Of a DNA stretch of 64,000 bases, positions 20,047 through 29,063 are shown one piece after another. A program made the position numbers and the translations under genes. Origin of the DNA: Gemmatimonadota bacterium (GTDB lineage: Bacteria; Gemmatimonadota; Gemmatimonadetes; Longimicrobiales; Gaopeijiaceae); assembly GCA_039589315.1 (NCBI GenBank), contig JBDHHQ010000002.1, positions 32,001-96,000 on the forward strand, in the 5' to 3' direction. Numbering within the stretch: position 1 is the stretch's first letter; each line of letters opens with the position of its first letter. Below the pieces are notes generated by a model, which saw nothing but the letters and a program-made list of their open reading frames with translations, made no database searches and was not told the origin of the DNA.

Positions 20047-20820
20047 TCAGGATGGGGCGACGAGCTGAGGCAATACCGTGCCGGCGGGCCCCGCCAGGGT
20101 CACGGTGGCCGTGCTCGACAAGGGCGTAGCCTCCGTGTTGACCTCGATGATGGCCCCGCCGGACCGGGCGGTCGCCAGGGGAATCGAGGCGGCCGGATGC
20201 ACCACGGCGCTGGTTCCCGCCACGACGCAGACGTGGGCCGTCTGGGCCGCACCGAACGCCACTGACAGCACGTCCCCGTCGAGGGCCTCGCCGAACCAGA
20301 CCACCGCCGGCCGGAGGAGCGCGCCGCAGTCGGGGCAGCGGGGAAGGGTGGCACGGCTCGACGCGTCGACGGGCGATCGATCGTCTCGGGCAAAGCGGCA
20401 GGCGGTGCACCGTACCCGGAAGAGCGAGCCGTGCAGCTCGAGGGGAAGGGCGGGCCCGGGATTCGCCGCTCTCGCCTCCTCCTGGGCCACCAGCGTGTGA
20501 AGGCCGTCTACGTTCTGGGTCACCAGGGTGACGCCCGGCCGCGCCAGCGCGAGCCGGGCCAGGGCCCGGTGCCCCGGGTTCGGCCGGCAGGCTCCCACCC
20601 TCTCGCGCCTCCACGCATACCACTCCCACACGAGCCGCGGGTCCCGGTCGAAGGCCGCGGGCGTCGCCAACTCCTCCGGGCGGTGGGATTTCCAGAGACC
20701 CTCGGGTCCGCGGAAGGTGGGTACGCCCGACTCGGCGCTGACGCCGGCGCCGGTGAGCACGACCACCTGGCTCGCGTCGGCCAGGAGCGCACGGGCTCGG
20801 TCCAGGGGAGCCGCAGTCAT
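20047..20820 (-). CDS. cobB: NAD-dependent protein deacylase (class III sirtuin)
   Basis: GAGVSAESGVPTFRG, WYAWRR (YxxR), TQNVDGLH, CTAC/CPDC, RPAVVWFGE. Confidence 0.93.
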   Translation of the reverse strand: MTAAPLDRARALLADASQVVVLTGAGVSAESGVPTFRGPEGLWKSHRPEELATPAAFDRDPRLVWEWYAWRRERVGACRPNPGHRALARLALARPGVTLVTQNVDGLHTLVAQEEARAANPGPALPLELHGSLFRVRCTACRFARDDRSPVDASSRATLPRCPDCGALLRPAVVWFGEALDGDVLSVAFGAAQTAHVCVVAGTSAVVHPAASIPLATARSGGAIIEVNTEATPLSSTATVTLAGPAGTVLPQLVAPS

Positions 20821-20839
20821 CCGGGGGAAACCGCGCCGC

Positions 20840-21208
20840 TCACCCCTTCAGGATCCGGTACGCCAGGGCGGCCCAACCGATCAGGAACGCCACTCCACCC
20901 AGGGGTGTGATCGCGCCCATCCACCGGGCGCCCGTCAGGACCAGCGCGTACAGGCTGCCGGAAAAGACGAGGATGCCCACCAGAAAAGCCCAGCCTGCCA
21001 CCACCGTGCCACCGCCCGGCCACCTGTCGGAGGCCCAGGCCACCGCCAGCAGGGCAAGGGCGTGGTACATCTGATACCGCACGCCGGTCTCGAAGATCTG
21101 GAGGTCCTCGGGCGAAAGCCGCCCCCGCAGCCCGTGGGCACCGAAGGCTCCCAGAGCCACGCCCACCAGGGCGAGGAGCGCGGCGCAGAGGGCGAAGAGT
21201 CGGGGCAT
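20840..21208 (-). CDS. DUF423 (YgdD/TMEM256) membrane protein
   Basis: GAFGAHGL, RYQMYHALAL, FSGSLY, GAITPLGG. Confidence 0.92.
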   Translation of the reverse strand: MPRLFALCAALLALVGVALGAFGAHGLRGRLSPEDLQIFETGVRYQMYHALALLAVAWASDRWPGGGTVVAGWAFLVGILVFSGSLYALVLTGARWMGAITPLGGVAFLIGWAALAYRILKG

Positions 21209-21222
21209 GCCGTTTCCCTCGT

Positions 21223-22977
21223 TCAGTACGCGACGGCGTAGGCTTCTCTGCGCGGGTCCGACGCGGCCGTGAGCGTGCCGCTGACGGGGTCCACATGGAT
21301 CATCTGGGCTCCTCCGAAGGTGGCCGTCCACCCATGAATCACCTCGAGCTCGTGGCCCCGCGCCGTCAACTCGCGGCGTACCTCGGGAGTGACCCGGTCC
21401 TCGATCGCCACCGCCAGGCTGTTGTAGCTCCGGAATCTGGGCGCCTCGATGGCCTCCTGCGGGGTGAGACCGAAGAGCAGCAGGTTGTTGGTGATCTGGA
21501 GGAGGGATTGGGGTTGGCTGTCGCCCCCCGGTGTGCCCAGGGTGAAGCCCAACGCACCCTCCCGCGTGGCCAACGTGGGCGTCAGCGTGTGATAGGGCCG
21601 CTTCCCGGGTGCTACCTGGTTGGGGTGACCTTCCTCCAGCGTGAACAGGGCTCCACGGTTGTGCAGCACCACGCCGGTCTCTGGTTCCAGGAGCCCGGAG
21701 CCGAAAGCAGCGAAAAGGCTCTGGATCCAACTGACCGCATTGCCCTGAGCATCAACGGCGGTGAGGTACACGGTGTCGCCCGAGTCGTCGAGCCCGCCGT
21801 CGTCCGCGACCCGCCCCTGGCTGCCGATCCCCGGGGCCACGTCCTGCGCCGCCTGCTCCCCGACCATGCCCGCTCGCCCCTCGAGATACGCCGCGTCGAG
21901 GAGCTCATCCACGGGGACATCGGCGTGGCGCAGGTCGGCGACCCAGCGGTCGCGATCGGCGAATGCCAGCTTCTTCAGCTCGATCATGGTGTGCAAATAG
22001 GGTGACGTGTTGTGCCCCAAAGCCATGTAGTCATACGACTTGGACATCTCCATCATCTGGAGGTGTGCCAGACCCTGACTGTTCGGAGGGATGACGTTGA
22101 ACGCGTAACCGAGGTAGTCTACCGTGAGGGGCTCGACCCACTCGGGCTCGTAGGCCGCCAGGTCCGCCGCCCGAAGATAGCCGCCCTGTGCGGACACGAA
22201 CGCGTCCAGCCGCGCGGCCACGGCACCCTCATAGAAGCCGGCCGTTCCCTGTGCGGCGATCTCCTCGAGGGTCTCCGCCAGAGCCGGGTTCCTGAGCAGG
22301 CTGCCCAGGGTGGGCGGATCACCCCCCGGGGTGTAGAGGGCCGCGGCGGGCTCGTTCAACACCGAGGCGCCGACCGAGATGTCGCGAGCGAGCCGCTGCG
22401 ACACCGGAAACCCGTTTCTCGCGTAGTCGATGGCCGGCGCCAGGAGCTCGGGTAGGGGTAGGGTACCGTACCGCTCGTGGGCAGCGATCCAACCGCCCAC
22501 CGCTCCTGGCACGCTGACGGCCATGGGGCCGCGCTCCGGCACGGACGCCTCGCCGGCGTCGGTGAAGAACGACGGCGTGGCCAGCGCGCCCGCGGGTCCG
22601 CTCGCGTTCAGCCCGACGACCCGGCCGCTCTCGGCCTCATAGAAGAGCGCGAAGGCGTCTCCTCCGACGCCGTTCATGTGGGGCCTGACCACGGCCAACA
22701 CACCGGCCATGGCCAAGGCCGCATCGACGGCGTTTCCGCCCCTCTCGAGCACCGCCATGCCCGCACGAGCGGCGAGGGGGTGTCCGGCCGAGACGGCGCC
22801 GTGTGTGCCGCGGACGTCCGGGCGGTTCGCGGCCGGAAACTCGGGGGCTTCGAGCTGGGCCTCATCGCCCTCGGCCAAGGAGGCTTCCGGCGAGCACGCG
22901 CCCGTAATGGTCGTCGCCAGTAGCGCCAGGAGTGCCACGTACCGGCCCGGTCCTCCGCTCGTTTCCGACTTCATCAT
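21223..22977 (-). CDS. ggt: Gamma-glutamyltransferase
   Basis: GGNAVDAA, GVGGDAF, catalytic Thr in GDTVYLTAVD, GTPGG, SDPRREA; lipobox; GGAGG RBS. Confidence 0.93.
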   Translation of the reverse strand: MMKSETSGGPGRYVALLALLATTITGACSPEASLAEGDEAQLEAPEFPAANRPDVRGTHGAVSAGHPLAARAGMAVLERGGNAVDAALAMAGVLAVVRPHMNGVGGDAFALFYEAESGRVVGLNASGPAGALATPSFFTDAGEASVPERGPMAVSVPGAVGGWIAAHERYGTLPLPELLAPAIDYARNGFPVSQRLARDISVGASVLNEPAAALYTPGGDPPTLGSLLRNPALAETLEEIAAQGTAGFYEGAVAARLDAFVSAQGGYLRAADLAAYEPEWVEPLTVDYLGYAFNVIPPNSQGLAHLQMMEMSKSYDYMALGHNTSPYLHTMIELKKLAFADRDRWVADLRHADVPVDELLDAAYLEGRAGMVGEQAAQDVAPGIGSQGRVADDGGLDDSGDTVYLTAVDAQGNAVSWIQSLFAAFGSGLLEPETGVVLHNRGALFTLEEGHPNQVAPGKRPYHTLTPTLATREGALGFTLGTPGGDSQPQSLLQITNNLLLFGLTPQEAIEAPRFRSYNSLAVAIEDRVTPEVRRELTARGHELEVIHGWTATFGGAQMIHVDPVSGTLTAASDPRREAYAVAY

Positions 22978-23108
22978 CCTGCCTCCAAAAGGCCGTTTCC
23001 ACTGCGCACACGGGGCCACCATGGCCGCTGGCCGAGCGTCGCGCCAGGGGTGGACCCTGTCCCGCGGTGCGGGGTTCCAAGCCCTCCGTCGGGCTGCCGA
23101 CCGTTCCC

Positions 23109-24395
23109 ATGGCGGTCGCGGATCCTGCAATCCGGGAAGAGAGAGCGACGTCAGTGACCGCACCGGCCGCCGCCGCAGGCGTCCGCAGGACCACGGCGAT
23201 CCGGCGTGCGACCGGCTTGTCCCTGCTGGTGGCATTCGCTCACGGGGTGAACGACAGCTACGCGGCCTTCCTCGCTCCGCTGCTGCCCCGCATCATGGAC
23301 AAGCTCGAGCTTGGCGTGGCACTCGCCGCCACGCTGGCCATGGTCCTCTCCATTGCGGCCTCCCTGCTTCAGCCTCTGGCGGGCTTCCTGGCCGACCGCT
23401 ACGGCCGCCGCGTCTTCGTGGCCCTGGGCCCGCTCCTCTCGGCCGTCTTCCTCTCCCTGATCGGCCTGGCTCCGACGTTCGGCCTGCTCGTCCTTCTCCT
23501 GGCGCTCGGCGGGCTGGGCAGCGCGCTCTTCCACCCACCCGGCGCGTCCATGGCGGCGCGCATCGCTGAGGGGAGGGGGAGTGGCATGCGCCTGTCGGTG
23601 TTTTCATTCGGCGGCGCCATGGGCTTCGCCGTCGGACCCATCGTGGCCGTGGGCATCGTGGGGCAGATGGGACTCGAGGGACTGTGGATCGCCATGGTCC
23701 CCGGGGTCCTGCTGGGAATACTCCTGCTCCGGCTGCTGCCGGCGGATCGCCTGCACCCGAACGCCACGCCCCCGCCGGCCCCGGCCAAGGTGCTGAGGCA
23801 GCTGCGCGGTCCCTTGGGAGTGATCTTCCTGATCAGCGCCCTGGGTGCCTTCATCCAACGGGTCTTCCTGACCCTGGAGCCCATCGCCGCGGCCCAGGCC
23901 GGGGTCTCCGAGGCTACGGGCGCCGTGATCCTCAGCGTGTACCTGGCCGCCCAAGGAGCCGGCACCCTGACCTCGGGATGGCTCACCGACCGGGTGGATC
24001 GGCGCCACCTGCTGGTCGTCCTGACGCTGCTGGCCTTCCCAGCCCACTTCATGGCATTCTGGGTAACTCCAGGCAGCTCTTGGACTTTTGCTTTCGCGAT
24101 CGCCGCCGGCTTCCTCAACATGGCCCTGCTGCCGCCCATCGTGGTCATGGCGCAGGAGATCCTGCCCGAGGGCACGGCCGTGAGCTCCGGTATCGTCATG
24201 GGGCTAGCCTGGGCCCTGGGATCCGTCGGCGTGCTGGGCTCCGGTTTGCTTGGTGACATCGCCGGCGCTCGGACCGCGGCCCTCGCGTCGTTTCCGCTCA
24301 TACTCGTCGGAACACTGCTGGCCTTGCACCCGGCGATCGAAGCGTACCGCCGGCCGACGCCGCACCCCGACTTCGATCATCTTCCTATCGTCTAG
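23109..24395 (+). CDS. MFS transporter (Fsr-like)
   Basis: HGVNDSY, QPLAGFLADRYGRR, LFHP, GWLTDRVDRR; about 12 TM segments; start uncertain. Confidence 0.9.
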   Translation: MAVADPAIREERATSVTAPAAAAGVRRTTAIRRATGLSLLVAFAHGVNDSYAAFLAPLLPRIMDKLELGVALAATLAMVLSIAASLLQPLAGFLADRYGRRVFVALGPLLSAVFLSLIGLAPTFGLLVLLLALGGLGSALFHPPGASMAARIAEGRGSGMRLSVFSFGGAMGFAVGPIVAVGIVGQMGLEGLWIAMVPGVLLGILLLRLLPADRLHPNATPPPAPAKVLRQLRGPLGVIFLISALGAFIQRVFLTLEPIAAAQAGVSEATGAVILSVYLAAQGAGTLTSGWLTDRVDRRHLLVVLTLLAFPAHFMAFWVTPGSSWTFAFAIAAGFLNMALLPPIVVMAQEILPEGTAVSSGIVMGLAWALGSVGVLGSGLLGDIAGARTAALASFPLILVGTLLALHPAIEAYRRPTPHPDFDHLPIV

Positions 24396-24407
24396 GGTCG
24401 TTCCAGG

Positions 24408-25151
24408 ATGCCGTTTCGCCTCGTGCCCCGTCGGGACCGGAAGCTCAACCGCCTCGTGAAGCGGGGCGACGTCCGCACGCTGCGGCGGGGCGAAGTGCTC
24501 TACCAGGCGGGAGACCCCGTCGACGACGCCTTCCTGGTCCGCTCGGGGCACGTCCGACTCTGGCAAGCCACCGACACGGACGGAGCGCGGCGCCGCACGG
24601 TGGAGGTCATTGGTCCTCGGGAGATCTTCGGGATCGAGCCCGCCTTCGCCGGTCCCGGCGTCCGGAGAAGCTTCGGTGCCACGGCAGGTGAGTCCACCGT
24701 CCTGGTGACGCTGGAGGGCGCGAGTCTGGGCCGCACCCTCCGTACGGCCGAAAAGACCTTCGCCCAGTTGCTCAGATCCGGCCACGAGGATCTGGCTCGC
24801 ACTCGGCAACGGGGAGCGGGGCGGGGCGGGCCCAGAACGCCCCAACGGTTGGCCGAGGTCCTCCTGGACCTGACGCGCCGATTCGGCACCGAGAGCGGCA
24901 CCGGCATGCTCATACCCCTCAGGCTGACGCACGGAGAGCTGGCCGATCTGGCCGGTGCCCATCGTTCCACCGTGACCACGCTCCTCAACGACTGGATCTA
25001 CCGCAGTGCCCTCAGGGACCGGCCGGACGGCCTTCTGGTGTACCCAGATCGATTGAGGAAGCGGGCCTCCGGCGCAAGCGCGTCGCAGGCGTCCGGAAGA
25101 GCGGGGCGGCGTGAGCGATCGGCACCCGACGTTGACCGATCGAACACGTAA
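24408..25151 (+). CDS. Crp/Fnr family transcriptional regulator
   Basis: cNMP-type fold (GEVLYQAGDP..AFLVRSGHVRL); HTH RLTHGELADLAGAHRSTVTTLLN. Confidence 0.85.
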   Translation: MPFRLVPRRDRKLNRLVKRGDVRTLRRGEVLYQAGDPVDDAFLVRSGHVRLWQATDTDGARRRTVEVIGPREIFGIEPAFAGPGVRRSFGATAGESTVLVTLEGASLGRTLRTAEKTFAQLLRSGHEDLARTRQRGAGRGGPRTPQRLAEVLLDLTRRFGTESGTGMLIPLRLTHGELADLAGAHRSTVTTLLNDWIYRSALRDRPDGLLVYPDRLRKRASGASASQASGRAGRRERSAPDVDRSNT

Positions 25152-25253
25152 GAATAGGTTTGACGGTTCTTTGCGGCCCCCTCGCACCATGACCCGGCAG
25201 GGTGGGCGGGTGGGGCCGGCACCGACCCTTGCAGCGGTTCTTAGCATACCGAT

Positions 25254-25949
25254 ATGAGCCAGCGCCATCCGACGTCCCGACGGACCGTTCAGAAGCAGCC
25301 GGAGAACCCGGACGACGTCTTCGTCGCCAGGGTCCTCCAGATCTCCAACTGGGGGAGTCAGCACCGCCAGGCACTGGTGGGGATCGGCGTGGCCGTGGTC
25401 GTCGTCGTGGCAGGCGGGCTGTACTGGAAGAGCTATCAGGATTCGCTGCTCCAGCAGGCCACGCAGGAGCTCGTGACCATCCAGCAGACCGTGGCCCTCG
25501 GGGGCCCCGAGCAGGCCAAGGCCGACCTCCAGTTCTTCCTCCAGCGCTTCGGCAACACCCGGTCGGCTGAAGAGGCCCGGCTCCTTCTCGGGCAGCTGGA
25601 GCTGGAGACCGGGAACGCTCAGGGTGCCATCGCGATCCTCGGGGAGCTCGCGGGCACTCGCACGCCCCTCGGCATGCAGGCCACCTTCCTGCTTGCCGCC
25701 GCCTACGAGGAGGCCGGAAACACCGGCGAGGCGGAGCGGATGTACCTGTCCGTGGCCAATCGCTCCGACATGAGCTTCCTCGTCCGGGACGCGCTCGCCC
25801 AAGCGGCTCGCATTCGGCTGGAGGGCGGCGACCACATGGGCGCCGCCGCTCTCTACGAAGAGGTCCTGACGTACTTCGAGGAGGGCGACCCCGGGCGCCA
25901 GGTCTACGAGATGCGCCTGGCCGAGGCGCAGGCCCTCCGGGAGGGCTGA
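25254..25949 (+). CDS. Membrane-anchored TPR protein (YfgM-like)
   Basis: Single N-terminal TM followed by TPR-like helices. Confidence 0.75.
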   Translation: MSQRHPTSRRTVQKQPENPDDVFVARVLQISNWGSQHRQALVGIGVAVVVVVAGGLYWKSYQDSLLQQATQELVTIQQTVALGGPEQAKADLQFFLQRFGNTRSAEEARLLLGQLELETGNAQGAIAILGELAGTRTPLGMQATFLLAAAYEEAGNTGEAERMYLSVANRSDMSFLVRDALAQAARIRLEGGDHMGAAALYEEVLTYFEEGDPGRQVYEMRLAEAQALREG

Positions 25950-25989
25950 CCGGGACGTCACGCCCCCTCGCTCGCGGCCCCAGGGCAAA

Positions 25990-26024
25990 GCGGCCGGGTC
26001 TCCCAGGAGGCCCGGCCGCCTTTT
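25990..26024 (+). terminator. Rho-independent terminator
   Basis: GCGGCCGGGTCTC / GAGGCCCGGCCGC stem followed by TTTT, 40 bp after the TPR gene. Confidence 0.75.
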
Positions 26025-26267
26025 GTGGAGAGCCGATGGTCACTCCGCCAGGAAGCCCTGACCAGCTCTCTCGCATGGGACCACGGCGCCTGTGGACCCT
26101 CGAACAGGCGTTCGGAGGCGGGCCAAGGCCGGCTCCGAGGCGCCCGGACGACATCCGGGCCCGGCTCTCTCGAGGTCCCCTCAATCCCGGGAAGGGGGGA
26201 CACTCGGGTCCAACTGTACCGCACCCCGCGAGCAGCAACTCTAGCCGCCCCGCCTCGAGATCCCACA

Positions 26268-26295
26268 ACTTCGTATAATGTATATTATGTAAAGT
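26268..26295 (+). other. dif: dif site (XerC/XerD chromosome dimer resolution site)
   Basis: ACTTCGTATAA-TGTATA-TTATGTAAAGT, 11-6-11 layout; by hand 24/28 identical to B. subtilis dif and 22/28 to E. coli dif; intergenic AT-rich spot in GC-rich DNA. Confidence 0.92.
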
Positions 26296-26329
26296 GACGC
26301 CGGATCACCGTCAGTTCAAGACCGGCATC

Positions 26330-27064
26330 TTACATGGCGCGTGCGCTCTCCGCTCGCTGCGGCGGCGGCTTCCGGCCCAGCAGCGCGATCCGGCGCCGGA
26401 GCACGGGCACGACACCCAGGAGTGCCCGTTCGAGCGTCCGAAGACCCGGGACGTGCGATTCCACGTAGTAGGCCCGCTCCACGTCGAACCCGGCGCCCAC
26501 GATGAGCTCCGTCATGCGCGCCATGGACTTGTAGTCCACATGGCTCGGGTCGTGCTTGAGGAGGATATCCCGGACCTTGAGAATCTCGAGGAAGTGGCCG
26601 GGATTGGGGAGCCAGATGACGAAGTGGCCTTCAGGACGCAGGAGCCGGAAGCACTCGCGAACCACGCGAGCCGAGTCGTCGGGATAGATGTGCTCGAAGA
26701 AGTCGGCGGCGATGATGGTGTCGAAAGAGCCCGCCTCCAGGCCCGTGTCTTGAGCGTCGGCGCAGAGGAAAGAGGTGTTCGCGGCGTCCAGGGCTTCGTT
26801 GCGCTCGTTGCAGTACTGGATGAACCGGGGGCTGAAGTCGACGCCGACCACCTCCCGGACGCGAGACGCCAAGGCGAAGCTGAACGTGCCCCAGGCGCAC
26901 CCGAGGTCCAGCACGCGCTCCCCCCGCCCGGGCATGTAGATCTCCAGGACCTTTGAGACGCGGTAGCGCTGAAAGGGCAACTCCAGGGCTGCCGTGGCCG
27001 CGCCAGCCTCCAGATACCCACTCTGGTCGTAGTACTCCGATCCGATCCGCCTCTTCTGGTTCAT
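26330..27064 (-). CDS. Class I SAM-dependent methyltransferase
   Basis: VLDLGCAWG, VGVDFS, FDTIIAADFFEHI, LLRPEG. Confidence 0.88.
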   Translation of the reverse strand: MNQKRRIGSEYYDQSGYLEAGAATAALELPFQRYRVSKVLEIYMPGRGERVLDLGCAWGTFSFALASRVREVVGVDFSPRFIQYCNERNEALDAANTSFLCADAQDTGLEAGSFDTIIAADFFEHIYPDDSARVVRECFRLLRPEGHFVIWLPNPGHFLEILKVRDILLKHDPSHVDYKSMARMTELIVGAGFDVERAYYVESHVPGLRTLERALLGVVPVLRRRIALLGRKPPPQRAESARAM

Positions 27065-27087
27065 GCCATTCTTCTATGGGGTGATCC

Positions 27088-27693
27088 TCACGCGGCGGCG
27101 CCGAGGGCTTCCCGGGTCCTGCGAACTGCTTCGGCGAGCGCGGCCTCCCGGTCCGCGCGCCGGTCGTGCCGCCCGAAGTACAAGGGGGCACCGAAGTGGA
27201 TCCTGACCTCGGCCCGGCGCGGGACCCCGCTCCAACGCGGCCAGACATCGTACGAGCCGTCGATCCGGGCCGGAAGCACCGGCACGCCCGCCTTCAACAT
27301 CAGCCGAATCGACCCCAGGCGGAACGGCTGCACGCGCCCGTCCCAGGATCGCTCACCCTCCGGATAAAGCCCGAGCGCCTGCCCTCGCTCGAGGACCCGG
27401 AGCGCGACCCGGACGACCTGGCCGTCGACCTGATAGCGTCGGACCGGAATCGCGTTCAGACGCGGGAGAAGCCACCGGAAGACCGACCCACGAAACTGGG
27501 AGCTCTTCGTCAGGGTGAACACGGGCCGAGGGCAGAAGGCCTGGATCAGGATCGGATCCAGAAGCCCCTGGTGATTGGCGATCAGAAGGAACGGTCCCGA
27601 AGGCGGGACGTGCTCGATGCCGGTCACCCGGACTCGGGCCGCGACGGGCGCAGCCACGCGCACCAAGGCCGCGAACGCGCCGTACCAGCTCAC
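27088..27693 (-). CDS. Lysophospholipid acyltransferase (PlsC family)
   Basis: NHQGLLD (HX4D), YPEGERS; GTG start overlaps the upstream stop. Confidence 0.9.
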   Translation of the reverse strand: MSWYGAFAALVRVAAPVAARVRVTGIEHVPPSGPFLLIANHQGLLDPILIQAFCPRPVFTLTKSSQFRGSVFRWLLPRLNAIPVRRYQVDGQVVRVALRVLERGQALGLYPEGERSWDGRVQPFRLGSIRLMLKAGVPVLPARIDGSYDVWPRWSGVPRRAEVRIHFGAPLYFGRHDRRADREAALAEAVRRTREALGAAA

Positions 27694-28310
27694 CGCAGGA
27701 CGATCTGGGGCTGGAACTCGACTACCGCTCCCCCGCCCTGCCCGTCGTAGGCCCTCGAGACGAGCCGGCGCGCGAGCACCTCCCACCGCCTGGGCGAGTC
27801 CTCCTCGAAGCGGAACTGGACGAGCTCGCCAGCGCCCGTGCGAATCTGCAGTCGGGCAGAGGTGGTCTGGATGGCCCGGAGCTCGAACCAATCCCACGCG
27901 TTGGCAGGCACGGCGGCCTCAGGGTCGAATTCGAGGCGGTCTCCGGTAGCGCGGAGCACGCCCGGCGTGGAGGCACCCATCCGCTCCTGGAACCCCATCA
28001 GCCGTCCCCGATACCGCACGGCCTCCTCGCCCACCCGCCATCGGGCCTGAGCTCGGGCCTCATACCGGATCGTGCCGTTCGGGTCCGTGGCGGCCGTCAT
28101 GGGCCCGCCCCACGCGTCGATGGCGTCCGCCAGCTCGGCGGCTGGCCGAGGCTCGGAGGGCTCATTGCCCTGCCTTACTTCGATGCGGCAACCACTGCGC
28201 GCCCGGCCGAAGCGCGCACCGCATCTCCCACACCATGCCTGGTCGCCCTTGCCGGCCATGGGGTCGTGCCCGCACAACGGACACCGAAACAGGAAGTGCG
28301 CCAATGCCAT
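27690..28310 (-). CDS. Hypothetical protein with N-terminal zinc ribbon (CPLC...CGRC)
   Basis: Two CxxC pairs; translationally coupled to plsC. Confidence 0.7.
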   Translation of the reverse strand: MALAHFLFRCPLCGHDPMAGKGDQAWCGRCGARFGRARSGCRIEVRQGNEPSEPRPAAELADAIDAWGGPMTAATDPNGTIRYEARAQARWRVGEEAVRYRGRLMGFQERMGASTPGVLRATGDRLEFDPEAAVPANAWDWFELRAIQTTSARLQIRTGAGELVQFRFEEDSPRRWEVLARRLVSRAYDGQGGGAVVEFQPQIVLR

Positions 28311-28319
28311 CGCCGGAGG

Positions 28320-29063
28320 CTACAGCTTCCCGATGAGGTCCAGGAAACGGAGCTTCCACACCTTCCAGACCGCCTCGCGCACGATCCGCTTCGACATCTT
28401 CGACTCGCCCGTGTCGCGTTCCGTGAAGACGATGGGGATCTCCGTCAGAGAGAAGCCGCGACGCCACGCCCGGAGCTTCAGCTCGATCTGGAAAGCGTAG
28501 CCGTTCGACTGCACGCGATCCAACTGGATGGTCTCCAGGACCTTCCTCCGCCAACAGTTGAAGCCTCCGGTTGCGTCCCGCAGCGGGAGCCGGGTGATGG
28601 TGCGCGCGTACAGGCTTCCGAAGATGCTCAACAGGAGTCGGGAAACCGGCCAGTTGACGACGGTGACCCGACCGTCCACGTAGCGAGACCCGACGACCAC
28701 ATCGTACTCGTTGGCCGCACCGATGAGATGCGGGAGGTGGTCGGCGGGGTGAGACAAATCCGCGTCCATCTCGATCAAGAGGTCGTAACGGCGCTCGATG
28801 CCCCACTTGAACCCGGCGATGTACGCTCGCCCCAGGCCCTCCTTGCCGATGCGGTGGAGGACGTGGATCCTGGGCTCTTCCCGGGCCATGGCTTCGGCCA
28901 GGTCACCGGTGCCGTCGGGCGAGTTGTCGTCGACGACGAGCACGTCGATGGCGGGATCCTGCTCGAGTGCCAGGGGGATCACCCGAGGCAGGTTCTCCCG
29001 CTCGTCATAGGTCGGGATGATGACGAGGACGCGCCTGGGCGCCTCGGGGTCGGTTTCACTCAC
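28320..29063 (-). CDS. Polyprenol-monophosphomannose synthase-like GT2 (Ppm1/DPM1)
   Basis: IIPTYDERENL, VVDDNSPDGTG, GLGRAY, MDADLSH, DATGGF, GYAFQIE, GESKMS. Confidence 0.88.
   Translation of the reverse strand: MSETDPEAPRRVLVIIPTYDERENLPRVIPLALEQDPAIDVLVVDDNSPDGTGDLAEAMAREEPRIHVLHRIGKEGLGRAYIAGFKWGIERRYDLLIEMDADLSHPADHLPHLIGAANEYDVVVGSRYVDGRVTVVNWPVSRLLLSIFGSLYARTITRLPLRDATGGFNCWRRKVLETIQLDRVQSNGYAFQIELKLRAWRRGFSLTEIPIVFTERDTGESKMSKRIVREAVWKVWKLRFLDLIGKL

Noticed and set aside
25218..25233. Sigma-54 promoter GGCAC...TTGCA before the TPR gene
   Set aside because: GG-to-GC spacing is 11 nt, not the required 10.
26267..26283. loxP / vector contamination (17 nt identical to the loxP left part)
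   Set aside because: The right arm is a XerD box, not the loxP inverted repeat; the flanks are native and KOPS skew supports dif.
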